This document shows, in pieces, positions 19,179 to 29,399 of a stretch of 64,000 bases of DNA. Location of the stretch: positions 19,280 to 83,279 of the forward strand of contig JAQTTB010000001.1 of assembly GCA_028710985.1 (NCBI GenBank), written 5' to 3'. The position numbers were made by a program, and so were the translations under genes. Every line of letters starts with the position of its first letter. Position 1 is the first letter of the stretch. This stretch comes from Patescibacteria group bacterium. GTDB lineage: Bacteria; Patescibacteriota; Patescibacteriia; JAHJFT01. A model generated the notes under the pieces. That model ran no database searches, had not been told where the DNA came from, and saw only the letters and a list, made by a program, of their open reading frames with translations.

Positions 19179-19847
19179 TCAGTTACACCGCACCACGGCC
19201 CATATTTCCCCCCAATTTATTTTGTAATCCGATATAGACATTCCGGCTGAATTCAGCTCTTCGGAAAAGTCATTAAAAGTATATTCAATAAAATGATTCC
19301 GATCCAATCGATATTCAAGTCCAAGCTCTTTTTTATACGGCACTAACCAATCCCGATTAATCATCGGCACGCGTATTAAAGCGATATCGCAAATATTTTT
19401 TATTTGCTTTAAAAGAGAAGTCCTATCATCTATATGCTCCAGTACATTAGATACTACGACGCGATCAAATTTTTCATTAAAACTATACTGTGTCGCATCG
19501 GCGACAATATATTCAACGTTTGGCAACGCGCAGTGCGATTTTGCATACTCAATACTGGTTTTATTCATATCAATCCCCACGACTCTTTTGGCCTTTTTGG
19601 CAATCTCGCGGGTCAAAATACCATTACCGCAGCCAATATCAAGGACGGTGTGCGATGGCTCGATATTATTTAGAAAAAAATCGTGATATTCAGTGAGGCG
19701 ATGCTTTGGATGTATCCCCCCCTCTCGCAATGAAGCGACCGTGACAATTTTATGCAATGCCCAATCGTGCAAATAAAATAATCGCCTCAGGATCCAGAGG
19801 GATAAATTTTTATTTTTAAACGCTCTTTTTAATAAATCCTTTAGCAT
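19179..19847 (-). CDS. Class I SAM-dependent methyltransferase
   Basis: Motif I is VLDIGCGNGILTREIAKKAKRVVGIDMN. Confidence 0.75.
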   Translation of the reverse strand: MLKDLLKRAFKNKNLSLWILRRLFYLHDWALHKIVTVASLREGGIHPKHRLTEYHDFFLNNIEPSHTVLDIGCGNGILTREIAKKAKRVVGIDMNKTSIEYAKSHCALPNVEYIVADATQYSFNEKFDRVVVSNVLEHIDDRTSLLKQIKNICDIALIRVPMINRDWLVPYKKELGLEYRLDRNHFIEYTFNDFSEELNSAGMSISDYKINWGEIWAVVRCN

Positions 19848-20775
19848 ATTCTTTTAATGTGGAACTAATAATACTTTTTTTCTTTGAAAAAATCAGCATC
19901 TTTTCAAACAAATCATAAAAATGTTCCAATTCCTGTTCATTTTTCACATAAGGGCTTCCGCCGATCATCAGCTCGCTTGAATGCACCATAAAAACAGCTA
20001 CGGGAAAATTTTGTCTGAGTAAAGCTTCGAGCACAGACCTTATTTCATCAAAACTTGAGTTTGAGAATATCCTCAACCACCGCTGTTTAAAAAATAATTT
20101 ATTTAATACTTTTTTCAATAACGAATCCGGCAATAAAGCAAATGACCTAGAAATATATGAGGCCTCTCCAACGAAAGGTGAGGTAAACGCAACTGTCATC
20201 GGCACCTCCAATACCCCGTCCACTACCGAGGGCATCAGCGACGAACCGCGAAAATCCGGTCCCCGTCTATCGTGGCCGCCGGAAGAATTATTCTTCCATG
20301 ATATCTTTGGGGTTACCGAGCTGTCGGCGATATAGCCCAATTTATTCAAAAATCGCATTATCCGAATATCATAACCCCAGCGTCCGGCTCGATGAGTCTT
20401 TGGACTTATGCCAAAATTTTCCGCAATCGCCTTTGTTAAAGATGATAATTTTTTGTACAGCTCTTCGTCTTCAAGCTCATTAGGAAAACGATGCTTCAGC
20501 ATTTCCCATTCCCTGTCCTTCACACAAGGCGGTGTTGTCCAAGGATGCAAATGAGCCCCAACTTCCGCTGACCCGGAATCCTGAAAAGGCTTAAGAATAT
20601 TTACCGATTCTCTATCTACCGCAACCTCATAAGTTATAAAATATGTCGGTTTAAAGCGATATTTTTGGCAAAGCTCCTGGAAGCGAGGCAGAAATTTAAT
20701 ATTTTCAAGTGTAATTTCCTCAGATCTTTTCCACTGGTTGTCCGCCTCAACATCAACGGTTATTATTAATTTCAT
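19816..20775 (-). CDS. Polysaccharide deacetylase/deformylase-like protein, CE4 / ArnD-like
   Basis: MKLIITVDVEADN and a His-containing block (VGAHLHPW) resemble CE4-type deacetylases. The similarity is weak. Confidence 0.35.
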   Translation of the reverse strand: MKLIITVDVEADNQWKRSEEITLENIKFLPRFQELCQKYRFKPTYFITYEVAVDRESVNILKPFQDSGSAEVGAHLHPWTTPPCVKDREWEMLKHRFPNELEDEELYKKLSSLTKAIAENFGISPKTHRAGRWGYDIRIMRFLNKLGYIADSSVTPKISWKNNSSGGHDRRGPDFRGSSLMPSVVDGVLEVPMTVAFTSPFVGEASYISRSFALLPDSLLKKVLNKLFFKQRWLRIFSNSSFDEIRSVLEALLRQNFPVAVFMVHSSELMIGGSPYVKNEQELEHFYDLFEKMLIFSKKKSIISSTLKEYAKGFIKKSV

Positions 20776-22406
20776 ACATTTTTAAAACCCCTGATTCGCA
20801 TCCAATATTTGATAACGCTTGAATACACCTTGTAATAATAGTAACATTGTTTTCTTTCACCGCCAAATGCTTCCTTGAATTCAGCGATTGACCTGAGCCC
20901 CCTCTGATTTGAATCCGGACTTATGCCGCCTAAGTCAAAAATTTCATGATCCGTTAATTTCGCGTATCGAATTGCCTCCCAAACGATCATCCGATTTGCC
21001 TGCCCCACAATCTCGCACTGCTGGCTATCGGAAAAACGCAGTGAGGAAAGAGCCCAAGCACGAATATTCCTAGTATCGCTGATAAAAATACCGCCGGCGA
21101 TCATTTCGTTTTTATAATAAGCGGAAAAAAGTAAGCCGTTTTCTAGATAATGGTTGACTCTTTCGATGGGCAAACCTTTTTCTGAGCGAAAAATACTATA
21201 AATTCTTCTAAATTCCTTATGATTTAGGTCATTTTTTACGATAATCCCATTTCTTTCCCCTCTTTGAATCTGTTTACAGATATAATTTTTCCTCATCTTG
21301 CTCCAAATCGTTTCAATGCTCTGTCTTAAATCAATTACCGTGGTTAAACCCGCTCGTTTATGAAAATCTGGCTTATCAATATTGTGATAGGAAAAAAAAT
21401 TGATCATTCCAACGCCTGGAATGTCTTGCGGATCCTCAAACCATCGCCAGCACTTTTTTAAAAAATTAGTGTCAAATAAACCATAGCAAATCCGGCTAGA
21501 AATTACCGGCTTATGCGCCTTTATTAATATAAGATGTGAAAAACCTCTGATTATCGGCAAGTGTTCAGCGAGGCGAAAAAGCGTTGGATAAATTTTTTTT
21601 AAAAAACCCATCCTCTGTTCAAACGGAAGCGCTATGTCAATGAAACTAACATTGTCGATAAAAAAATTTTTGTTAAATAAATTTATTATATCTTTCGCGG
21701 AAAAATAATAATAATAAATACCCGAAGGATGAACTCCCTCTTTTGGTAATTTCTTTAATCTCCTCCTTAAATCAAGATGATACGCCGATAAAATCAACGG
21801 CTTGCCCGGCGCAAGGGTGAAATTAATGTTTTGGAGAAACTGATTACGATACGCATCGGATGGCAAATGCTCTAAGACTTGGGCAGAGAAAGCAATATCA
21901 AAAAAACCTTTTGCTGTTTTAAACGACGTTACGTCAGCCCAGACCAAACCAACATTATTGGATTTTAATTTGCACGAAAGTATCTCCAGCGAATTAAACG
22001 AGATATCCACCCCCAATAAACAACTATAATCAACAAATTCCTCTGTAAAACGACCTGTTCCGCAGCCATACTCAATTATTTTTTTTCCCGATACGTCGCC
22101 GACTTGCGCAAGCGTTGAGGGAATTTCCCTATCATGCCTCGCAGACAATCTAGCGTCATAACCGCCAGCTTGCGCATCTCTAACGGCTATCTCAGAACCT
22201 ATTTTTTCATCATTGACCGTCTGCTCCGGCAATATAAACAAAATCCCATTTTTAATTTGATATGCTTTCCCACAACGAACGCATTTTAGAAAACCATTAA
22301 ATATTGCCTCGTCATTGCCGCTTTCCATGCCACCAATTTCAAGACGAGCGTTATCAGATTGACAGACCAGGCAAGCAATAAGTTTTTTCGAAAATCCTAT
22401 CCTCAT
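20772..22406 (-). CDS. Fusion protein: Trm112-like zinc ribbon, class I SAM methyltransferase, and a FemAB/Acetyltransf_6-like acyltransferase domain
   Basis: A CxxC...C..C ribbon (CLVCQSDN...CVRCGKAY) is followed by IIEYGCGTGRFTEEF (motif I). The C-terminal roughly 250 aa resemble the FemAB-like GNAT fold (GLLFSAYYKNEMIAGGIFISD...EFKEAFGGE). Confidence 0.55.
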   Translation of the reverse strand: MRIGFSKKLIACLVCQSDNARLEIGGMESGNDEAIFNGFLKCVRCGKAYQIKNGILFILPEQTVNDEKIGSEIAVRDAQAGGYDARLSARHDREIPSTLAQVGDVSGKKIIEYGCGTGRFTEEFVDYSCLLGVDISFNSLEILSCKLKSNNVGLVWADVTSFKTAKGFFDIAFSAQVLEHLPSDAYRNQFLQNINFTLAPGKPLILSAYHLDLRRRLKKLPKEGVHPSGIYYYYFSAKDIINLFNKNFFIDNVSFIDIALPFEQRMGFLKKIYPTLFRLAEHLPIIRGFSHLILIKAHKPVISSRICYGLFDTNFLKKCWRWFEDPQDIPGVGMINFFSYHNIDKPDFHKRAGLTTVIDLRQSIETIWSKMRKNYICKQIQRGERNGIIVKNDLNHKEFRRIYSIFRSEKGLPIERVNHYLENGLLFSAYYKNEMIAGGIFISDTRNIRAWALSSLRFSDSQQCEIVGQANRMIVWEAIRYAKLTDHEIFDLGGISPDSNQRGLRSIAEFKEAFGGERKQCYYYYKVYSSVIKYWMRIRGFKNV

Positions 22407-22408
22407 AT

Positions 22409-23521
22409 TTATCCTAAAATCTTCATTAAATCATTATAAAACCGATCGGGGTTATACTGATTCTTTATCAATTCAAAGCCGGCATTTCCCATTTTTATTA
22501 AGTTGTGCTGATCCGAAATAGTCAGGCGAATCTTATCTATTAAATCGACCAAATTTTTACTTTCAAAGATGTAACCATTCACGCCATTCTCAATATATTC
22601 CTTCGTTCCATTTTCGCTCGAACTAATAACCGCCAGTTTGCAACTCATTGCTTCAACTATCGAAAAAGCCGCGGCTTCACCATAGCTCGGTAAAATGAAT
22701 ACATCATTTACTTTATATTCTTCATAAACATCCTTCCAATTAATATCAAATTTCACCTTCACAATTTCCGATAAATTATTAACTTTAATGTACTCTAATA
22801 ATTCATTTGTATATTCATTCTCATCCCTTTCGCCGACTAATGTAAGATTAATATTAAAATTATCTTTTAATTTTTCAACGGCCTTAACTAATAAAATCTG
22901 ATTCTTGCGCTCTTGGAATTTACCTACGCAGATAATATTAACCCATCCGCCAATAAAATACTCCTTGTTGAAGTCAAGCGCTTCATGAACAAATGGAATA
23001 TAAAAAAGATTCTTATTCTTACTTGCATAAGCGTCGTTACCCCTCAATGGAGTAATTACCGACGCCTTCCACAAAAAACCAACCAGCCAAATCGAGAAAC
23101 TCTTGATTTTTTTTCTAAATTTTTCAATTTGAATTAAAAAAATAATTTTTTTAACACCCAGGAACCGACTTAGAAGCGCGCCAAGGATTGAATAAAGACT
23201 ATCAATATTTTTTATCAGCACAACGTTCGGCCGATATTCCTTTATCAAATGATATAGTGAAAATATGGGTGGATAGCTATATCGTATCTCGAACCGATTC
23301 TTAATTGTGCGTCCACCCCGCTTATTGAATATTCTATTAAATAGCTTAAAAATATTCGAATATCCAACAACTCGCGGTTCTAGAATATCATAGCATTCTG
23401 ATTTTCCGCGATACATAACAAACATGGCCACTTCGTGTCCAAATGACTGAAGGGCCTCAATCATGTAGAAAAAATTTGTATGATATCGCGGGGTAAGAAA
23501 TAAAAATTTCATTGATTTCAA
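22409..23521 (-). CDS. Glycosyltransferase family 4
   Basis: The C-terminal block LTLVGERDENEY...FILPSYGEAAAFSIVEAMSCKLAVISS...NGVNGYIF is typical of GT4. Confidence 0.75.
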   Translation of the reverse strand: MKSMKFLFLTPRYHTNFFYMIEALQSFGHEVAMFVMYRGKSECYDILEPRVVGYSNIFKLFNRIFNKRGGRTIKNRFEIRYSYPPIFSLYHLIKEYRPNVVLIKNIDSLYSILGALLSRFLGVKKIIFLIQIEKFRKKIKSFSIWLVGFLWKASVITPLRGNDAYASKNKNLFYIPFVHEALDFNKEYFIGGWVNIICVGKFQERKNQILLVKAVEKLKDNFNINLTLVGERDENEYTNELLEYIKVNNLSEIVKVKFDINWKDVYEEYKVNDVFILPSYGEAAAFSIVEAMSCKLAVISSSENGTKEYIENGVNGYIFESKNLVDLIDKIRLTISDQHNLIKMGNAGFELIKNQYNPDRFYNDLMKILG

Positions 23522-25224
23522 ATTTTTAAAATTTTATAATCCTTATTACTGAAAACTTCCTCCAGTCCGTCTGCTGAATTCGAACTATAGTATAAATCCA
23601 TATATTTACCGCGCGGCAAAAGAATATATGAACAATCAAGCCTAACGGCAAAATTTACAATCTCTTTGAAGTCAGCCGCTTTTTCAACGATCTGATTATA
23701 TGCCTGTCTCTCCTCATACCATCTTTTAGCATTTTCGAAATTTGAAGTAACCCAAATAGAACCTTCTTTTTCAGTCAGATTAGTATTCTGCCTACTTAAT
23801 ACTTTGAATTTAAATTCATTTTGAAAGTCATCAAAAACAAAAATCCGGTTCTCACTAACGGAAAGCGCGCTTTTTGCCCAAATTGCCGCCTCATAAAGAT
23901 TGTTAAAGTTATTTGTATTCGATTCATCCACCACGGGGGCTAAATTATATTTTATTCTTATGCCTTCGGGCACCAATGCCCTTACTACCGGCCTAATAAC
24001 GGGCGCAAAAAAATAAATTGGCGTAACCACAACGATCAAAGATAATGCTACGGACAGCCATTTTTTATTCATCCTAGAATAAAGCAAATAAACAACTAGA
24101 GCGAACTGCATGATTAGAATGAAGCCCAACACCCTCATTAGCCGAATGTGCTCCACGAAAAATGGCAGCTCTCCATTTTTCATTAAAAAATAATTAGTAA
24201 CATCAACACCGATAACGAATAAAATGGTTATAATCATCAGTATGGTGCTGATTTTATGAACTGCCCGTTTCTCCGAATCTAATGAGGACCCGTAGATACG
24301 CATGATAAAAAACGATAAAAAAAACATTAAGATCATTGTAAAACTATCCCACATCGAACGTTTAATTCTGGCCAAGTCGACTGTCGCGAGAAAACCGTTC
24401 GCTTCAAACCTATATTGAACAATTTCAGAATGCAAAGCAACGTCCTCGGCGCTCAAATACTCCTCGGCCGGAATCATGCCGGTACTCGAATTAGTAAAAT
24501 GGTTTATCAAAAATGGCAAAGCTACTATAAAATAAATGACAGCAAAAATAATTATCGGCTTGAAATATGCCCTATGTTGCTTCGCATAAAAAATCAAAGC
24601 GCCCAAGATAAATAAACCGATAACTACGCTTCCGACGGGCGGATATAAGTAAAGCAAAATGCCGGCAGATATTGCCAATAAAATATTATATTTATTATTT
24701 TTTAAACCATAAATTATCCAATAGTAGCTAAGCAAAAAATAAAAAGGAAAGGCGAATGTATTGCCGCGCAAATTCCCAAGATCGAGCAAGCCAATTCTTG
24801 TAAAGAATACATTACGCGGTACTACGCACAAAAGTCCCACCAATGCCGCTAGGGACCAGCTTTTAAATATTTTTTTAGCAATTAATCCGCTCGCAAGATA
24901 GGTTATGGCAATTATAAGAATAGTAAATAGATGATAGCTCACTAAATCATACTTCAAGCCTGGATTGAAATAATAAAAAACCGGGAACGCTGCATATAGC
25001 TCCTCCTGATTATAAGCCGACGGCACGTCTGTCCATACTCCATCATTTTTTTGTATCATCAATAATTGATAACACCAAAGATCGCTGCTCAAATCGCCAA
25101 GATTACTACCATAATTAGTAAAAATATAATAAAAAATTATGACTACAAGTATGATAGTAAAAAAAAGTTTAGAATTGAAAAATTTTAACATTTTATTTAC
25201 GTTGTTTAAATAGAAGATCAGCAA
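23518..25224 (-). CDS. Large polytopic membrane protein; candidate O-antigen polymerase or GT-C-like enzyme
   Basis: A 568-aa ORF with more than 10 TM helices, then a soluble domain of about 150 aa. It is embedded among GT genes. I recognised no motif. Confidence 0.35.
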   Translation of the reverse strand: MLIFYLNNVNKMLKFFNSKLFFTIILVVIIFYYIFTNYGSNLGDLSSDLWCYQLLMIQKNDGVWTDVPSAYNQEELYAAFPVFYYFNPGLKYDLVSYHLFTILIIAITYLASGLIAKKIFKSWSLAALVGLLCVVPRNVFFTRIGLLDLGNLRGNTFAFPFYFLLSYYWIIYGLKNNKYNILLAISAGILLYLYPPVGSVVIGLFILGALIFYAKQHRAYFKPIIIFAVIYFIVALPFLINHFTNSSTGMIPAEEYLSAEDVALHSEIVQYRFEANGFLATVDLARIKRSMWDSFTMILMFFLSFFIMRIYGSSLDSEKRAVHKISTILMIITILFVIGVDVTNYFLMKNGELPFFVEHIRLMRVLGFILIMQFALVVYLLYSRMNKKWLSVALSLIVVVTPIYFFAPVIRPVVRALVPEGIRIKYNLAPVVDESNTNNFNNLYEAAIWAKSALSVSENRIFVFDDFQNEFKFKVLSRQNTNLTEKEGSIWVTSNFENAKRWYEERQAYNQIVEKAADFKEIVNFAVRLDCSYILLPRGKYMDLYYSSNSADGLEEVFSNKDYKILKI

Positions 25225-26050
25225 TTAGAGAAATGAAAAATATGAGCACGGCGCTTAACATGAGGAATATGCTGAAATTACCAACAAAATTATCGCCTAC
25301 AAGATCATATATACCCTTGGCGAAACCGACTGTAAAGAATGCAATTCCAAACGGTATTAAAAATTTTAATGGTTGAAAATAGAAGGCAATTTTAAAAATT
25401 AAATTTATGTAAGTAAAAAAATTCCACGGCCTAATACCAGACTCGCCCACCCTTTTGTGATAGTCGATTGGCAGGAATTTGACTAAGTAATCATTCTTTA
25501 AAAACGCCATAGTAATGGTTGACGTAAATGAATATCGGCTGGGATACAATCCCCAAAACTCAAAACAGATATCTTTTTTGAAAAGCCTCATCCCCGAATT
25601 CAAGTCAGGTATTTTTCTATTGACAAGCCATCCCGCAAACCAATTTACAAATTTTTTCGGAACCCGTCTAATAAATTCGGTATGGTTAACCTTCGTCACT
25701 CTTGCACCGACAATCATGTCATAAGAATCCATGAACGGAAAAAAATCCGATAGCTTCTCTACGGGATAAGTGCCATCGGCATCGATAATAAAAATCCACT
25801 TGCCGGCTGCGGTTTTAATCCCCCTTTTCAAGGAGGCTCCGTAACCTAAATTATATGGATTGCGAATAATCTTTATATCTGATCGTGATTCTAATGTTTT
25901 CAGAGTGCCATCCTCGCTCTTATCATCAATGGCAATTATTTCAAAAGTATGTGATGTACACTTTTCGGCAACTCGTGCCAGTCCATCCAAAACATTCGCA
26001 ACCGTCGCTTCTTCGTTATAACATGGGATAACAATTGAAATTTCACTCAT
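25193..26050 (-). CDS. Glycosyltransferase family 2, GtrB/DPM1-like with C-terminal TM helices
   Basis: ISIVIPCYNEEATVANVLDGL...IIAIDDKSEDGT...FIIDADGTYP is typical of GT2. It has 2 C-terminal TM helices. Confidence 0.8.
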   Translation of the reverse strand: MSEISIVIPCYNEEATVANVLDGLARVAEKCTSHTFEIIAIDDKSEDGTLKTLESRSDIKIIRNPYNLGYGASLKRGIKTAAGKWIFIIDADGTYPVEKLSDFFPFMDSYDMIVGARVTKVNHTEFIRRVPKKFVNWFAGWLVNRKIPDLNSGMRLFKKDICFEFWGLYPSRYSFTSTITMAFLKNDYLVKFLPIDYHKRVGESGIRPWNFFTYINLIFKIAFYFQPLKFLIPFGIAFFTVGFAKGIYDLVGDNFVGNFSIFLMLSAVLIFFISLIADLLFKQRK

Positions 26051-26054
26051 ATAA

Positions 26055-26981
26055 TTATTTATTTATTGCAATTATTCGAATATTGGAGGTGGCATATAGA
26101 GCCCCGAGAACAAAATCAATTAACGAAAAAAATAGTGTTAAAAATAAATTATTTATATTAAACCAACCGGCAATTTTTTTATGTTTGTCATCGAAATAAT
26201 GATGCAATGACTGAATCCAGAAAGTCGGGCTCAGCAAAAATTGAATTCCAATAACAGCGAAATTGCACTCATTCAACAAACCCACGAGGATATTTTTATT
26301 AAAAATATGCCAATGTCGTGGTATATGATAGCCTCCCCAATATCTCTTTCTAAAAATTCTCGCATCTAGAGAATCGTAATTTGGGGTTTCGATAATAAGC
26401 AAGCCGTTCCGTTTAAGCATCCTCCTGGCCTTTAAAATAATTTCGCGTGGATTATGAAGGTGCTCAATCGTTTGATTCAAAATGATTGCGTCAAAATAAT
26501 CATAATAACCCCCCATTTCTTCGAATCTTCCTGCAATGAATTCGATACCATGCCGATTTAATATATCACCAGTTGCAGAATTAATATCATTGCCATACAA
26601 TTTCCATCCGCTACCCCTGTGTTTCTTAATAATTCTGAGCAATTCTCCGTTGCCGCACCCACCGTCGAGAATTCTAGCATCATCCGAAAGATTAGCAAGC
26701 AAAGGACGAACCTTCAATCTTTGCACAAAATTCCGCGCAATCTTTGTAATAAAATTTAACCCCTCTTCAAATTTATAAGGAAAATAATTTGCTGGATAAA
26801 TCTTTTCAATTTCTCCGACGGTCGGATTGGGATTTAGGTATATCACACCGCACTTTAAACACTTTACGTAACAATATTCCTGATCGGATGTGTGATATTC
26901 AAAATCTTTTCCATGCGCCCAAACTTTGTACAGATCCGATCCGCATACACCACGACAAGCTTTTTGGGTCCTTATTTCCAT
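26055..26981 (-). CDS. Class I SAM-dependent methyltransferase with an N-terminal Cys-rich region
   Basis: ARILDGGCGNGELLRIIKKH is motif I. The N-terminus reads CRGVCGSD...CYVKCLKCG. Confidence 0.7.
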   Translation of the reverse strand: MEIRTQKACRGVCGSDLYKVWAHGKDFEYHTSDQEYCYVKCLKCGVIYLNPNPTVGEIEKIYPANYFPYKFEEGLNFITKIARNFVQRLKVRPLLANLSDDARILDGGCGNGELLRIIKKHRGSGWKLYGNDINSATGDILNRHGIEFIAGRFEEMGGYYDYFDAIILNQTIEHLHNPREIILKARRMLKRNGLLIIETPNYDSLDARIFRKRYWGGYHIPRHWHIFNKNILVGLLNECNFAVIGIQFLLSPTFWIQSLHHYFDDKHKKIAGWFNINNLFLTLFFSLIDFVLGALYATSNIRIIAINK

Positions 26982-27080
26982 ATTTTTTTATAATCCACCG
27001 GAAACTGCTTCTCATAAATTGGCAATAAATAATCAAATTTTCCCCACTGATATCCGAATCTCTCTTCAGAACCCATACAT

Positions 27081-28913
27081 TTATAATTCAAGCTTATTTT
27101 TACGGTAAAATTTTACAAAACTTATCAAACCCCACAACTCTCTACTATAATCTTTCTTATTCCCCATATGATCCGCAACCATTTTTTCAATCGCTTTACC
27201 ATTTAAAAATGCTATATCCGCAATATTCTTTTTATCTAAAATATCCATCATGAAATCCTTTAATTCATTCTTCAGCCAATCCGCGATCGGAAAGCTGAAT
27301 CCCTGCTTCTTTGTATAAATTAACTTTTTCGGTAAATACCTCTCTAGAAGCTTTTTTAAAATATACTTAGTGGTGATACCGCGAATTTTTAATCCCGGCG
27401 CCAAGGAATTGCTAAACTTTATTACTTCGTTGTTCAAGAAAGGAACACGTACCTCTAAAGAATTAGCCATGCTCATTCGATCGACCTTGACTAAATACTC
27501 CCCTTCCAGCACGGTTTTCTGATCAACATACAATAGCTGATTCAGCACATCTTCCCCCTCCACGACTTTAAAATACTCTGCAAAATCGTCGCAAACATTG
27601 TTAAAAAAATCTTCAACTAGGATATCCGCATTATGCATTATTCTATAATAAAAATGAGATTTTGTAAATGGATACTTGGCCGCATAAACAAACCTTTTTA
27701 ACTTATAATCAAAGCTCATTTTTCTGTAAGAAGACGGCAAATAATGAACCATTTTTTCCACCAATGTTTTTATGGGCAGGTGGCGATAAATTTGACTAAT
27801 TCTAGGCAAATAATAGATAGGGTAACCCCCAAATAACTCATCCCCGCCGTCGCCGGATAAGCAGACTGTCGCTCGCTCTTTTGCAAAATGGCACAAGAAA
27901 TATGTGGGAATCGCGCTGCTGTCACCAAAAGGCTCCTGAAAATAATCAAAAATATCCGGAATGGCATTTATGACCTCCCTCTTCTCTAGATAAATCGAAT
28001 TATGATTAGTGCCAATAATCTTTGCGATTTTACTGGCGTTCTTTGATTCGTCATAAGAATTCTCACCGAAATTAAATCCAACCGTAAATGTATTCAGGTT
28101 TCCTACATGCTCCTTGGCGATGGCGGTGATTAAACTAGAATCAACGCCGGAGGATAAGAATACCCCCAATGGCACATCGCTGACCAAGGATTGTTCGATT
28201 GATTCATCGAGCACGCACCGTAGGGCATCGATTGAATTATTAAGATCTTGATAATTATTTGTAAATGTCGGTTTCCAATATTCCTGAATATTAATTTGCT
28301 CTTTCTGCAAATCAAAAATCGCAAAACTAGCCGGTGGCAATTTAAAAACGTTTTCAATTATGGACTCATTGCCATAAATGTAATTTTGATAAAAAAATCT
28401 TCTGACTGCCCTTAAATTAATTTTTTTGTTGATCTGGAGCGATGCCAGCTCAGAGGCGAATTGAAATATCCCGTCATGAAAACTATAGTAAAGTGGTTTT
28501 ATTCCCATTCGATCTCTGGCCAAAATTAATTGATTTTTAACTTCATCGTAAATTGCCAGGGCGAACATGCCATCGAATAATTTGAAGGCTTCTGGTCCAT
28601 ATTTAATATAGGCCCTTAATACAACCTCCGTATCGGAATCGGAGAAATAGTCACCGGGCAAATCTTTTTTTAATTTTTTAAAATTATATACTTCACCATT
28701 GTAGACAATCGCATAGGCGCCAATTCTCATGGGTTGGCTCGCCCTTTGAGAAAGATCAATGATAGAAAGACGCCGGTGTCCTAATTTGACCCTCTGATCT
28801 TCGGATATAAAAAAACCTGCCGCATCCGGACCGCGGTGGAGCATTGAATCTCTTCTCTTCAAAAAAATTTCCTTATCAAATTTCGATGAATATTCTCCGA
28901 TAATTCCGCACAT
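27081..28913 (-). CDS. asnB: Asparagine synthase (glutamine-hydrolysing)-family amidotransferase
   Basis: The N-terminal nucleophile is MCGIIG, and the synthetase domain carries the PP-loop SGGVDSS (LSSGVDSSLITAIA). Length is 610 aa. Confidence 0.85.
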   Translation of the reverse strand: MCGIIGEYSSKFDKEIFLKRRDSMLHRGPDAAGFFISEDQRVKLGHRRLSIIDLSQRASQPMRIGAYAIVYNGEVYNFKKLKKDLPGDYFSDSDTEVVLRAYIKYGPEAFKLFDGMFALAIYDEVKNQLILARDRMGIKPLYYSFHDGIFQFASELASLQINKKINLRAVRRFFYQNYIYGNESIIENVFKLPPASFAIFDLQKEQINIQEYWKPTFTNNYQDLNNSIDALRCVLDESIEQSLVSDVPLGVFLSSGVDSSLITAIAKEHVGNLNTFTVGFNFGENSYDESKNASKIAKIIGTNHNSIYLEKREVINAIPDIFDYFQEPFGDSSAIPTYFLCHFAKERATVCLSGDGGDELFGGYPIYYLPRISQIYRHLPIKTLVEKMVHYLPSSYRKMSFDYKLKRFVYAAKYPFTKSHFYYRIMHNADILVEDFFNNVCDDFAEYFKVVEGEDVLNQLLYVDQKTVLEGEYLVKVDRMSMANSLEVRVPFLNNEVIKFSNSLAPGLKIRGITTKYILKKLLERYLPKKLIYTKKQGFSFPIADWLKNELKDFMMDILDKKNIADIAFLNGKAIEKMVADHMGNKKDYSRELWGLISFVKFYRKNKLEL

Positions 28914-28919
28914 AGATAC

Positions 28920-29399
28920 TTAATTCTCTTTAAAGCAAAAAACGAATCTTTTATTAATTAAAAATGTAAAAAAGGACATTAATAATCCGACCAGGGCAAC
29001 GGATAAAAGGTAATAAAAACCTAAAATAGTTGTTAGCAAATAGACCAAAGTGAAGGTAATTAATCCTATTGCGCCATATATCGCGAGATAACCAAGGTAC
29101 CTTGCAACATAACCTGATTTTCCATGACCAGAAAATGTAAATAATGAATTCATTATAAAACTAAAAGTCCAGGTAATAAAAGTTGCGATTACAAAAGATA
29201 ACATGTACCAAAAATGCAGTGATTCAGTAAAAATGAAAGTTAATAATAAATTCAACAAAAAAGAACTGACTCCAATGATGAAAAATATCGGATATCTCCT
29301 AAAGATATTTATTATATTCAAAGCCATCTTGAAAAAATTAATAAAGTCACGCTTCAACAATTTTCTTTTTACGACCTCCGAATTTCCATGAATTGCCAT
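28920..29399 (-). CDS. GtrA-like small membrane protein
   Basis: It is about 135-159 aa with 4 TM helices. The true start may be the internal Met at 29327, which would remove the 53-nt overlap with the upstream gene. Confidence 0.5.
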   Translation of the reverse strand: MAIHGNSEVVKRKLLKRDFINFFKMALNIINIFRRYPIFFIIGVSSFLLNLLLTFIFTESLHFWYMLSFVIATFITWTFSFIMNSLFTFSGHGKSGYVARYLGYLAIYGAIGLITFTLVYLLTTILGFYYLLSVALVGLLMSFFTFLINKRFVFCFKEN

